Position numbers and translations under genes: made by a program. Under the pieces are notes generated by a model. It searched no databases. It was not told where the DNA came from and saw only the letters and a list, made by a program, of their open reading frames with translations. Source: Pyrodictiaceae archaeon (lineage in GTDB: Archaea > Thermoproteota > Thermoprotei_A > Sulfolobales > Pyrodictiaceae). From it: a stretch of DNA of 64,000 nucleotides. This document shows, in pieces, positions 9,154 through 19,666 of this stretch. Where the stretch lies: positions 1-64,000 of the forward strand of contig JALVSY010000030.1 of the NCBI GenBank assembly GCA_027036135.1, read 5' to 3'. Numbering within the stretch: the stretch's first letter is position 1; every line of letters begins with the position of its first letter.

Positions 9154-9981
9154 TTATTTCTCCCTCAGTATTCTTAGGAATAGGTTGAAGAAATCGGTGG
9201 CTTTCCTGGGCTGGAACCAGTCCCAGTCCTGGTTTATGCTCCAGAAACCGTAAGGAGTGTGGTCGCCTGTCACGCCGTCACCGCTCGGCCCCATCCCGTG
9301 GTCGCTCAGAATGACTATTGCCACGTCGTTGCCTAGGGCCTCACGCGCCCTAGCAGCCACTCTCGCCAAGTCGAGGTAAGCCATCTTTATCTGGGCGAAG
9401 CACTTATGCCAGCACACGTGGCCCAGGAGGTCAGCTATATCGAACCACGCCATGAACAAGTCCCAGTCCTCGCTGAGCCTCTTGAAGAACTCCTCCTTGC
9501 GCCACCGGTGTACCTCCCATATGGCCTTGATGTACTCCTGTACACCCTTCTTTATCGCCTCGTTTAGCTTCTCGTGGGGCCAGACTGGCTCGCTGTACCC
9601 CGGTATGAATAGGGCTATTGGCTTCTCGGCGTAGTCGAAGATAGTCTTTACCCGGAGCTCCTCCCTGGTATAGAGCCTCGGCTTTATGCCGAGCTTCCAG
9701 AGTATCTTCCGCTTATTCTTTATCCAGACAAGCGGTGGCTTCGTGCGCAACCAGTCAAGTACCTTGCCATAAGTCCACCAATCATCTATGCCGTGCTCCT
9801 CGGGCGGCTTACCCGTGATAATCGTTGTCCACGCCGATGGCGTGTGGGGCTTCTCGTACTTTGGGCTCCTGGCTGCCTCGTACCTACCATACCTCTTCTG
9901 CAAGAGGTCTCGTAGCCTAAGCCTCTCCACCAACGTGTACTCCAGTGCATCATAGGCGAGTACTAAGAGCCGCATAAGCAA
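9154..9981 (-). CDS. Alkaline phosphatase superfamily (phosphodiesterase-like) protein
   Basis: LAYDAL, TPSAWTTIITGKPPEEHGI, DLLGH, ILSDHGM, GDH. Confidence 0.85.
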   Translation of the reverse strand: MLMRLLVLAYDALEYTLVERLRLRDLLQKRYGRYEAARSPKYEKPHTPSAWTTIITGKPPEEHGIDDWWTYGKVLDWLRTKPPLVWIKNKRKILWKLGIKPRLYTREELRVKTIFDYAEKPIALFIPGYSEPVWPHEKLNEAIKKGVQEYIKAIWEVHRWRKEEFFKRLSEDWDLFMAWFDIADLLGHVCWHKCFAQIKMAYLDLARVAARAREALGNDVAIVILSDHGMGPSGDGVTGDHTPYGFWSINQDWDWFQPRKATDFFNLFLRILREK

Positions 9982-10075
9982 TAAGCCCCCTGATAGTGTC
10001 TATATGTTTTCCCGTTCCTAATTCCTCGGAGTAGTTCGGTAGTACCGCACAACCACTATTTATGCACAGCCGTAA

Positions 10076-10240
10076 TAGGTGGAGAGGAACCCCGCCTAGA
10101 CAAGGGTGCCTAGCGAGCTGCAGAGGAGCGCTTCAGCACCAATAACTGAGCCCGTAACAAGGCATAGCGGGGAAGCGATGATCCCCGTCACGGGTTTTTG
10201 GCGAGGACCCGTCCCAAGCAATAGCGACACGAAAGGGGGT
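10076..10240 (+). ncRNA. Putative structured non-coding RNA
   Basis: GC-rich intergenic block with several predicted hairpins, downstream of TATTTAT at ~10057. Confidence 0.3.
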
Positions 10241-10275
10241 ATGTTTAAGAGAGTGCTAGACACCTAGGATTGTAG

Positions 10276-11604
10276 GTGCCTTCCTTGGACCGAGGGGGAG
10301 GTAAGCTCAGCCTCTGGGAGGCCACCGCGATAGCCGTAGGCATAATTATAGGCGCTAGTATCTTCTCGTTAATAGGTGTTGGAGCCGAGATAGCTGGGCG
10401 CAACCTACCACTGGCATTTATCCTGGCCTCTCTCGCTGCCCTCGTCGTGGCCTATAGCTACGCGAAGCTGGGCTCAAAGATAATCTCCAACGCGGGGCCT
10501 ATAGAGTTCATTCTCCGGGGAATAGGGGACAACATTTTCACCGGGATGCTCGCGTTCATGCTGTGGTTCACCTATGTCGCGTCTATAGCGCTGTTCGCGA
10601 AGACCTTTGCCGGCTACTTCCTCGCACTCGTCCACGAGCCACTCACCAAGCTGAACATAGCACTAGTCGAGATAGTTATTGTAGCTATATTCGTTTCTCT
10701 TAACTTCCGTGGCTCGAAGACCGTTGGTAGAGCAGAGAGCCTGATAGTCGCGACGAAGCTGGGGATACTTGGCTTATTCATAGCAGTAGGTCTATGGAGT
10801 ATTAAGCCCTCGCTCCTAGCACCGCTAACCGATAAGGAGCACATAATGGGCGCCGTCTATGCCGCGACGCTCTTCTTCCTAAGCTACACAGGGTTCGGGC
10901 TCGTAACTAACGCCTCAGAGGACATAGAGGACCCGGAGCGCAACGTGCCCCGAGCAATATACCTGAGCCTGCTCATATCAACCCTGGTCTATGTCGGTGT
11001 CTCGGTGGTAGCGATAGGTAATCTCCCGGTAAAGGAGCTTGTGCACGCCAAGGAGTACGCATTAGCGGAGGCCGCTAAGCCCTTCCTCGGCGAAGCCGGG
11101 TTCACACTAATAGCGATAGGGGCTCTCTTCTCCACCTCCTCGGCGATAAATGCGACGCTCTACGGCGGCGCCAACATAGCATACGCCTTGGCGAGGGAGG
11201 GCGAGCTACCGAAAACGTTTGAGAGGAAGGCTTGGTTCGGAGCACCCGAGGGCCTATACATAACAGCTATCCTGGGCCTCTTGCTCGCATTCCTCCTAAA
11301 CCTAGACGGAGTCGCCGCTGTATGTAGCGCAACCTTCATAATAATCTACCTAGCCGTGATAATAGCCCATTACAAGCTACGCCACATAACTAGGGGCAAT
11401 GCAACGATTATACTAGTAAGCCTAGTCGTTGTAGCAAGCATACTAGTACTCCTACTCTACCACCAATACGAGACCAACCCAAGGAGCTTCTACACAATAG
11501 TAGCAAGCTATGCAGGGGCACTACTGGTAGAGTACATATACCGTGCAAGGACGAACCGCGTGATAAAGAAAAGAACTCCGATCATCGCCTCAAGGGCTCA
11601 ATAA
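10276..11604 (+). CDS. APC family amino acid permease
   Basis: GIIIGASIF TM1 motif, SYTGFG, EDIEDPERNVPRAI, about 12 TM helices. Confidence 0.9.
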   Translation: MPSLDRGGGKLSLWEATAIAVGIIIGASIFSLIGVGAEIAGRNLPLAFILASLAALVVAYSYAKLGSKIISNAGPIEFILRGIGDNIFTGMLAFMLWFTYVASIALFAKTFAGYFLALVHEPLTKLNIALVEIVIVAIFVSLNFRGSKTVGRAESLIVATKLGILGLFIAVGLWSIKPSLLAPLTDKEHIMGAVYAATLFFLSYTGFGLVTNASEDIEDPERNVPRAIYLSLLISTLVYVGVSVVAIGNLPVKELVHAKEYALAEAAKPFLGEAGFTLIAIGALFSTSSAINATLYGGANIAYALAREGELPKTFERKAWFGAPEGLYITAILGLLLAFLLNLDGVAAVCSATFIIIYLAVIIAHYKLRHITRGNATIILVSLVVVASILVLLLYHQYETNPRSFYTIVASYAGALLVEYIYRARTNRVIKKRTPIIASRAQ

Positions 11605-11863
11605 CAGCAAAATACTATGCCCCGGGGAACAGAACCAAGGTTGATCCCTAATATAGATAAATCGATAACATCATATTTATATAAATAATCATATTCATTA
11701 TTTTTGGCTTAATTAACTCGATAACTCTTATAGCCTAAGAAGTCTTAGAGAAATAATGTTATCACTAGGAGACCTAGTGTTTAAGGCCAAAATTCCTTGA
11801 GGAACCAGGCTCCGGTAACTTAAGCACCAAGAGATAAATGCTCGAAAATACTGATCCAGAGCC

Positions 11864-12634
11864 TTGGCCGAAGCAAGGGAGAATACGAGGGACCTTGTAG
11901 CCATGGTTCTCGGGCTGGAAGAATATGTGTTCCTTGTACGTAACCTCCGGGGCGTCTACGCGCCGTTATCGAGCGATGATCATGGCCGTTATGTGGGATG
12001 GCTTGTTAAGCGCTACCGTTACCGAGACATAGGTGTTGCAGATTGCACGGTGGAGGCCTCGCCCGGTGTATTTGAGGGAAGGCTTGGTGGCAAACCGTTC
12101 CACCTGCTAGAGCCCCCGACGAGGAGCCTTGAGAAGGGAGTCTCCGTGGCCGAGGAGGCCCTGGGAGACGTTATTGAGCCGTGTCTCGCGAGGACTATCC
12201 TGTTATCCCTTGTCTATGCCTCGCCACTCTACCTCACAGCCAGTGGCCTCGAGGAGCTTAGGCGCGCTGGCCTCGTCGTATACGAGGTCAAGGGGAGTAT
12301 CCCGGATCTCTCCTCGGCTCGGCTCCACATGAGGATATCTGGGTACACTGTGCTCGACTATTACGTGGAGTCGGTGAGAAGGGCCTTAGAAGCCGTGGAG
12401 AGGGGCGACGCCGAGGCAGTGCTGAGGGAGAGGGCTGGGTTCGCCGAGAAGGATTCCCGGCGCTACTGGAGGATAATGGGTAAGGGCGAGGAAACAGTGA
12501 TAGCTTATCTAGACCATGTACACTTGCTCATTGAGAAGGACGTGGCGAAGAAGCTTGTTGACCCAGAGACGAGGATTCTCCTAGCGATGCCAGCTGGCTT
12601 CGTGCTGGATCCGGCCATAGGAGCAACTGGCTAG
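11864..12634 (+). CDS. Hypothetical protein
   Basis: Long ORF with typical composition; no family recognised. Confidence 0.65.
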   Translation: MAEARENTRDLVAMVLGLEEYVFLVRNLRGVYAPLSSDDHGRYVGWLVKRYRYRDIGVADCTVEASPGVFEGRLGGKPFHLLEPPTRSLEKGVSVAEEALGDVIEPCLARTILLSLVYASPLYLTASGLEELRRAGLVVYEVKGSIPDLSSARLHMRISGYTVLDYYVESVRRALEAVERGDAEAVLRERAGFAEKDSRRYWRIMGKGEETVIAYLDHVHLLIEKDVAKKLVDPETRILLAMPAGFVLDPAIGATG

Positions 12635-12942
12635 GCGCTCTGGCCGCTGCCCAGGCTTGCTAGGGCTCTCCTCAGCGCCTCCTCTACATCGCTCCTATCA
12701 ATACCGTATATCCTTGCAGCGACCCGGTCGAACTCTCCTAGCACCTTCTCCACTACCTCCCCGAGGCCCGTCTCGAGACCCGCTAGCCTCTCTATGAGGT
12801 GCTCGGCCTTGTCCTCAGGGTCTGCGAAGAAGTCGCCGCTGAGAAGCACTCCCTTGACCCTATTATTGATTACCCGTAGGCATATCTTTACGAGCTTGCC
12901 TCCTGGGTGCTTCTTCTCTCCACAGACTATCTTAGCTGTCAT
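12631..12942 (-). CDS. lplB: Lipoate-protein ligase accessory subunit (LplB / C-terminal domain)
   Basis: GGKLV...LSGDFFADP; coupled to lplA. Confidence 0.85.
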   Translation of the reverse strand: MTAKIVCGEKKHPGGKLVKICLRVINNRVKGVLLSGDFFADPEDKAEHLIERLAGLETGLGEVVEKVLGEFDRVAARIYGIDRSDVEEALRRALASLGSGQSA

Positions 12943-13822
12943 GCTCCATGGCCTCCTCTATGTTCTTCTCTATCTCCTCTATGATTTTCTCCTGCTCAGG
13001 GCCTGGGCTAGCTGCCCACTTTAGGGCTTCTAACTCTTCCCTAGCCAATGCATCCTCTATGAAGCCTAGGTACTTTAGGTGCCACTCAGTCCTCGAGTAC
13101 TTTTCTCGGTAGAGCCGGAGAGCCTCTCGTAGCTCCTCTTGGCTCGGCGAATCCTCGGCTATGCCTAGTCCCAGTTTCTCTGCTAAGGCATCGCTTATTG
13201 CCCTGTATATCTCCTCGGGTGCGAGCTTCCTGCCCACGGCCTCCTCTAGGGTTATTACTCTCTTCTTTCTACTAGCTACGAAGCGTTTATCGCTTAGCTT
13301 CTCCCTGCTCACCTTGAGCACCCTGCCCAGTATCGAGAGGTCACTGCCCGCGAGCAGCGCGCCGTGCACAAAGACCTTGCGGGGAAGCGTCGTGCCCGCG
13401 AGCCCGGATACCTTCAACCCGTCTATCTCTATATCGTTGAGCGCCCGGTAGTAGGCGCCCCGGGCCCCGAGGCTCTCTAGGGCGGAGGCCACTGCCTCGC
13501 CTACGAGGCGGAAGAGCTCAACCACGCTCTTTACCCCGCCTAGGCCACGCCTAATGACCAGCGCGTAGTTAATGTTGCCGAGGTCGTGGTAGACGGCGCC
13601 GCCCCCGGTGAAGCGCCTGGTGAGCTTAACCCTCTCGCGGCGAAGAGCGCGCGCGTCAACCTCTAGTGCTGCGCACTGATGCCTACCGATAACAACTACT
13701 CGGTCGTTGCGCCAGAAGCGGAGAGCGGCATCCCCGCTAAATACTCGTAGGAAGGCCTCCTCGAACCCGAGGTTGAAGAACTGGTTCCCAGGCCACTCAG
13801 CGACAACGACACGGAGAGCCAT
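12932..13822 (-). CDS. lplA: Lipoate-protein ligase A catalytic subunit
   Basis: RRFTGGGAVYHDLGN, NDI...KVSG, HGALL. Confidence 0.92.
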   Translation of the reverse strand: MALRVVVAEWPGNQFFNLGFEEAFLRVFSGDAALRFWRNDRVVVIGRHQCAALEVDARALRRERVKLTRRFTGGGAVYHDLGNINYALVIRRGLGGVKSVVELFRLVGEAVASALESLGARGAYYRALNDIEIDGLKVSGLAGTTLPRKVFVHGALLAGSDLSILGRVLKVSREKLSDKRFVASRKKRVITLEEAVGRKLAPEEIYRAISDALAEKLGLGIAEDSPSQEELREALRLYREKYSRTEWHLKYLGFIEDALAREELEALKWAASPGPEQEKIIEEIEKNIEEAMEHDS

Positions 13823-13965
13823 AACGACGTCCCTCCCCAGTTAGCTTAGCCCTCTTATCCAAGGACTATGGATTAATCCCCTCTACCACTAAGAGGGGCT
13901 TGGATGGACGGAAAAATAACCAGTGCTGCGCCGAGGTAGCTGAGCTATATAGGCGTCTTCCCTTC

Positions 13966-15745
13966 TTATCTCCGCCGCTTTGCAGCTAGGTAGCCTAGGG
14001 CAGTGCCTAGCACGAGTACTGCTAGGAGCTGAGCCGAGCCTTGCTTATTCCTAATCACTGTCTTCGTGAGCGTTGTTGTGGCTGTGCTTGTCTCTGTCCT
14101 TATAGCTGTCTTGGTCACGGTGGTTTTCTCTGTGACTGTTACTTGTTTCGTAACGATATGCGTGGTTGCTGAGGCACTGGTAACGGTTCTCCAGCTCGTC
14201 TCGGTACTGGCAACTGTCTCCGTGATATTTATGACGTTCTTGGTGCGGCTGCTCTGTTCTTGTCCTAGTAGCCTCTTTGCCTCCTCCAGGGCTTTCCCCG
14301 GCTCACCTCTGGCTAGCCATGCCTCTACGAGGGGTAATGGCTCAGTCTTCTTCGCTGCGAGTATCCCAGCTAGGTGTATGAGTGCTGTCTTCGCGGCCTC
14401 GTAGCGGGATACGTCGCCTACCCGGTAGTATGCCATTCCCTCATCGTAGTAGCTCATAGGGGTCTCCTCGAAGTCCATAAGCCACCTTATCTCGCCGCTA
14501 GGCAGCTGGAAGGGGTGCAACAAGCCCAGACTATGGCCTGCCTCGTGGGCTATTACCTGGTTAATATCACCCCTTATTACTCGGAGACCGTAGCCCGGGT
14601 AGCTAGTAGCTCCGAGCCACCCTGTGTCGAACCCGGTGAAGTTGAACAGTGTTCCCTGGAACCTCATATAGCTTGGCCGCGGTGTTGCTAGTACATAGAA
14701 CACGAAGTCGCAGGCCTGGGCGATGTTCTCCGAGCCGCATGGGTTGAGGCCGTGGAATCTCTTCTTCGCGTCGAGTACTAGGAGCTTGGACGTGTTACCG
14801 TAGTAGAGGATGAGCCAGCCATTCTCGTGCCCAGCCTCCTCGAGGACCTTGTACAGCGGTGTGCCTGGCTCAGCACGTACAGTGCGGAGGTCTATGCTGG
14901 TGTTTACCCAGGGATCCATTAGCTCTACGAGGCTCCCTACGAGGCTCGTGTTGATACCAGCCCTTATTCTCGCTGTTAGCGTCTCGTTGCCATAGTCTAC
15001 TAGGACTATGTGAACCCGGTACAAGGGGGTATACCAGGGCCTCGCGGGGCATAGGGTGAGGTAGTGGAACCTTATGTTGTCGTGTACGAGCCCCCGTATG
15101 TAGCTGGCTGGGTCTCTTAGGCTCCATAGAGGTGGCTCCGTGGAGACGTTGACGGGCTTGCCCATGCCGTAGAAGGGCATAGTCTTGCTAGGCCACGGCT
15201 CCGGTACCACACTTAGGTCATAGAATACTAGGGGGTGCTCACCCGCCCAGCCCCTAACACCTTCTAGCCCAGCGACGTGAAGGTAGGGGGCTGGCTCCTC
15301 GTAGTACTGGCGAGAAACATTATCAACATTGCCTATGATAGCAACTATATCGCTTACCTCTATGCCCCTCTCCTCCACTATTTGTTGGCTAAGCCTCCAT
15401 AGCTCCTCGTAGAATGGGCGGAGCCCCAACCACCTAACCGAGAGATGATGCGCCACCACATAGTCCTTGGCCCAGCTCGGCACACCCTTGTCCACGTAGT
15501 GGCTCTCCACATAGGCTCTTAGGGGCTCGTAGGGCCCAGCTAGGCGCGTACACATAGTCTATCTCGGCGCTAACGCTCAGAACTATTCCCGAGCAGTTTA
15601 TACTGTACATGTAATGTTCTCTCTGCAGATCCTCGAGGAGTGTGTGGCTCGGGTCAAATACGAGGACTAACACGTGTAAACCGAGTACGAGCCCCTGCTC
15701 GGAGCGGGCAATAGAGCCCAGTAACATCGAAGCAAAGAAGAGCAA
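13966..15745 (-). pseudogene. Surface-anchored metzincin zinc protease, split by a frameshift near 15535
   Basis: HEAGHSLGLLHP, Met-turn TPMSY, Thr-rich linker, C-terminal TM plus KRRR. The signal-peptide portion is in ORF 15434-15745 in another frame. Confidence 0.7.
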
Positions 15746-15857
15746 TAATAAGAGTGGAGTAATTGTTCTCCGCTGTAAGGTACTGGCACCTCTCCTCCTC
15801 GGGGGAAATAAGGGGGCTAAGCCCTTGTTCCTAGTCTATGTGTTCTCTCAGCTCTTT

Positions 15858-16448
15858 CTATATATGTCTCTTCGCCTCTGTCGTGCCTTGTTCCTCGGGA
15901 AGCGCGTAGAGAACATAGGCTGATGCTATTATGGATAACAGTACTAGTATTAGTAGCGGCTTGCCTGTAACGAGGCCGTAGACCTGGGTGAGGATTATCT
16001 TTTCCCTTGGGAATTCTATGAGCCCAGCGCTTGTCCGTACAGATTTTATCTCGATGTGCCTAGCCTCGAAGAGTATGAGCTTGACTAGGGCCTGGGTTAT
16101 TGAGAGCGCGACTAGGAGTATTAGCGAGGACGCAAAGATCCCGGGGATTGTTACTCGTTGCCATCGGGGGCTTAGTAGAGAGTAGAGCGCTGTGAAAGAG
16201 AACACTATTGCTAGTCCAGCTGCCAGGAATATTAGCACCGACATGAATCTCACGTAGTCGTATATCTGTGAGTCAACTGGCTGGCCGAGGACTACTACCT
16301 GGTAGGATGTCGTTGAGACCCATCCCTTCACCGAGCCCTGGAATACTATTAATGGACGCGAGGCGCAATACACGAGCGCTATCGATGCCGCTATCTCCGC
16401 GACGGCCACCATAATTACTAATAGTCTCCACAGAGCCCCGGCGTTCAT
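15858..16448 (-). CDS. Four-TM membrane protein of the filament locus
   Basis: Hydrophobic segments; starts 3 nt after the signal peptidase stop. Confidence 0.7.
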   Translation of the reverse strand: MNAGALWRLLVIMVAVAEIAASIALVYCASRPLIVFQGSVKGWVSTTSYQVVVLGQPVDSQIYDYVRFMSVLIFLAAGLAIVFSFTALYSLLSPRWQRVTIPGIFASSLILLVALSITQALVKLILFEARHIEIKSVRTSAGLIEFPREKIILTQVYGLVTGKPLLILVLLSIIASAYVLYALPEEQGTTEAKRHI

Positions 16449-16451
16449 CTC

Positions 16452-17538
16452 TTACTTCAGCCTCAGCTTATAACTATAGACGTGGCCATAGGCCCTATAG
16501 GTGACGATAGCGTAGACGAAGCGAGCACTGCTAGGCGGGCTCGCCTCGAACACCCTGTCAACTATTACCTGGTCGCTCGCCTTTCTCCATGGGCTTCCAG
16601 GGCCGTACGCGTAGAGAAAGGTTATGTTTACGTGAAGGGGGTAGCAATTAGGGTTAAGGATCACCACCTTGCCGTTACTCTTCATTACCTTGAGGGGCTT
16701 GAAGGGTATAACAACGCTGTACTTTCCCTTTAGGTGTCCGAGCCTAGTGAGCACTGCGTCTACTGTTATGCTTAGTCTCGGGCTACTCGATTCCTCTACG
16801 TGCTTTGAGAGAAGCATTGGTGACAGGTAGATACGTAGAGTATTATTCCCCGTCACGTAGGTGTCTATCTTGGTATGGTCTACTGTCACGCTGTTCACAC
16901 TGAGTATGCGGAGCCCCCTTGTGCCGACATAGTGTATTGTTACTGTACAGTCCTTGTTATCAAAGCCTATCTTTGCTAAGTATAGGAGCGGGGCTTCACG
17001 TAGCCGAGCATTGCTATGCTCATAGATGTATAGAAGAAAGGCATTACCGCCGCGAGCACCACGTAGAAGCCGAATACGCCAGCCGCTATAGCGATCGGCG
17101 AGACTTCCTCCCTCCCTCCCTAGTACCGATGCCATACTTGGAGCCGATATGACGAGTATTACTAGTAGCAATAAGGGTATCCAGATGTACCACGGCACAA
17201 TAGCTACTACTTTCCCCTTAAGCTTGGAAACCGGGACAGGGTTATCGGGAACAGGGTTAGCATCACCCTTAGTAACTATGAAGCCATCACGTATCTCTAT
17301 GAGTCTATGGACTACGCAGTAGAGGGCACTCGTGCACCAAACAACAATATCGCCTACCTTGACGTGCTTGCCATACACTATCACCATGTCTCCCGGGTGT
17401 ATAACCGGGACCATGCTACGCGTAGGCACAATGAATATCCCGAAAGGAACTGGGAGGGAGCTTAGAGACAATAGCCACTAAGACGAAGCCTATGAGGCCT
17501 ATGGTTAGTGCCTTGCGTAGACGCTGAAGCCTCTCCAT
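16452..17538 (-). pseudogene. SipW/Sec11-like S26 signal peptidase fused to an extracellular beta domain, with frameshifts
   Basis: SMVPVIHPGD, VVHRL, TKGDAN motifs. ATG at 17538 with a TM helix is out of frame; internal compensating shifts near 17115 and 16990. Confidence 0.75.
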
Positions 17539-17607
17539 AGGGTATCAGCCACTCCTTAGCCCAGCTAGGCACTAGCCATGCTTCTCCTTCGATGAGCTGT
17601 GCTCGTG

Positions 17608-18837
17608 CTAGGCCCTGGTATAGCGGTTACTTATAGCTATGTACTCTCCATGAATAATCCTAGCACCTATATCGATTTTATTTGAGACAGGGACTGGCTC
17701 CAGGATTTTAGCGACTTGTTGCTTCACTAGGGCAGCGCTTCTGGGGTCAATGACTAGTTGTACTGGGTAGTAGGTGCATGCGCCCGTGCCTGGGCTGCTG
17801 CCGCTACAGATCTCTATGTAGAGTAGTAGCGTTGAGTTAACCTGGCTCAGCTTGGACACGTTGACGTATATGTAGCCAGAGGAGTAGCCGGAGATTGTTG
17901 GAGCTAACTCTATCCAGCTAGTAGCTTGTGTCTCCACAACACCGTTGGTTATTGTTATAGCCGTGCTCTTGACAGACGATACATTGACCAGGCTTATTGT
18001 TGCATTAAGCCCCGGCTCGATACTTGCTGAGCTTAGTATCAGCCTGGAGTACACTGGTGGCGAGAGAGAGGTTGTCGCGTTAACACCTAGCACAGTGTTA
18101 GAGAACACATAGTATGGTGTAGTTACTATAAAGTATACACTATCTATTCTAAAATCAATGCTACCACTATTAAGCAGTGTTAGTCCCTCTACGCCCACGA
18201 TGACGTAGTAGGTCTTCCCGGGCTGTACGTAACCCGTTAAATTCACTAAATAAGTCGTATAAGTCGAGGGATTAGTACGATTATAGGCTGCATAGATATT
18301 CCCTGTAGCAGGATCATATATTCCAGCAAACCAGTAGGTAAGATATACAGAATCAGTTGCATATCTGATAGTTACGTATATATATGCTGATTCTATTGGC
18401 GCGTTTGGCACACTCACCTCTTGGTAGATTAGGGCTGAATCGTAGCTCAGGGCAGGAATTGTACCATATATAGAGACGACGCCGCCAACAGCACCAGTAT
18501 CACTAGCTAGCCAGTAGCAGGAGAGATAGCTACCGGGGCTACAGTACCAGTAGTCCGGGTTGCTGTAGAACTGGGGGTTCTTTACGAGCTGCGTATAGTT
18601 AGAGGCGGTTATTGCCACATTCGCGCTGGCTGGGCTCGGGCCTAGAGAGACCGTTGTATTAAGGCTCCCCGGGTCGAGGAGAACGTAGCTGGGCTGCGAG
18701 GGATAGAGCATTGCAAGGAGGGGTGCATAGATAGAGCTATGTGCATACACAGATACGCTTAACTGGAATAGAAGCATGATGGACATAGTTATTATAAAAA
18801 ACATGTACGTAGCGATCCTCGCCTCAAGGATTCTCAC
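17608..18837 (-). CDS. Secreted Tyr/Thr/Ser-rich protein, candidate minor/tip filament subunit
   Basis: Signal peptide ending VYA|H. The N-terminal strand-like segment resembles the upstream subunit; many sequons. Confidence 0.65.
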   Translation of the reverse strand: MRILEARIATYMFFIITMSIMLLFQLSVSVYAHSSIYAPLLAMLYPSQPSYVLLDPGSLNTTVSLGPSPASANVAITASNYTQLVKNPQFYSNPDYWYCSPGSYLSCYWLASDTGAVGGVVSIYGTIPALSYDSALIYQEVSVPNAPIESAYIYVTIRYATDSVYLTYWFAGIYDPATGNIYAAYNRTNPSTYTTYLVNLTGYVQPGKTYYVIVGVEGLTLLNSGSIDFRIDSVYFIVTTPYYVFSNTVLGVNATTSLSPPVYSRLILSSASIEPGLNATISLVNVSSVKSTAITITNGVVETQATSWIELAPTISGYSSGYIYVNVSKLSQVNSTLLLYIEICSGSSPGTGACTYYPVQLVIDPRSAALVKQQVAKILEPVPVSNKIDIGARIIHGEYIAISNRYTRA

Positions 18838-18856
18838 CCATCAGCCTAGGAGGTTT

Positions 18857-19444
18857 TTAGCTCGGTGAGGCTGATAGGTATAGCTCAGCTGTTGTCGTTG
18901 TCGGTGTTGTGCCCTCGGGTATGTATACGAGCAAGTCTACCTCCCATACGCCGCCAGCGCTGAGAGTGCCTATGCTTGTCGTGCCTGTCTGTGTCAGGTC
19001 AACCATTGCCACATATGTACCAGTTGCTGGTAGTGGTATTGGCCAGCCAGTTAGGCTCCTAGTCGCGCCCTTGTTGTAGATTATTAGGTAGGCCTTGGAG
19101 CCTGCTGGTAGGCTTAGGGCTTGGCTAACAGTTATATTGACGTTATACGATGTCGCTGTATCGGTGTTCTCTATTATCGTTATGTTCTTGTAATATGTTG
19201 TCTCGTAGGTTGGGTGGAGCGTGAGCGTTAAGTTGGCGCCATTTGTTCCAACTGTTACTCCTATTGTGCCACCATTGATGTCTGTCTGGCCCGCGTTGCT
19301 ACCTGGGGCGAATATTACCTTTGGCGCTGAGGGCACTAGTGTGACGTTTACTGGATACTAGCTCATTACGTGGGCATATGCGAATGCTAGTACTAGTGCT
19401 AGCGAGGAGGCAACCGCTATTAGTGCTAATCGCTTAGCCTGCAT
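18857..19444 (-). pseudogene. Putative major filament subunit (TasA/AbpA/thread-like) with an in-frame TAG at codon 29
   Basis: MQAKRLALIAVASSLALVLAFAYA|HVMS*YPVNVTLVPSAPKVIFAPGSNAG. TAG at 19358-19360; the downstream ORF is in frame. Confidence 0.65.
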
Positions 19445-19666
19445 ACGTGCCCACCCTGGTTACCACTACGCCTTCTATTATGTTATGTTCCTTTTCTCTC
19501 AATTTGTAGTTTAAAGCTTAGTTCCTTATTAATTCGCTTCTAGAAGATGACTGAAAATATTTAGCTAATATAAAGAATTTCTAGCCATATAATTTTCTTT
19601 CTATGAATAGCGTAACTATTCGCCCATCATATAAAGACATTGTAGATATTAGTGTGGTTTCTAGCA

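Noticed and set aside
10083-10242. RNase P RNA (GAGGAAC... / ...GAAAGGGGGT)
   Set aside because: Too short and lacks recognisable internal conserved regions; kept only as a generic structured RNA candidate.
815-19360. TAG recoding (pyrrolysine or stop reassignment) suggested by in-frame TAGs at 815 and 19358
   Set aside because: TAG terminates many normal genes here (for example at 2903, 20854 and 39887) and no pyl genes are present; point mutation is simpler.
18857-19444. Type IV pilin/archaellin or cannula protein CanA
   Set aside because: No class III signal peptide, and no similarity to CanA that I can recognise; kept as a TasA/AbpA/thread-like candidate.
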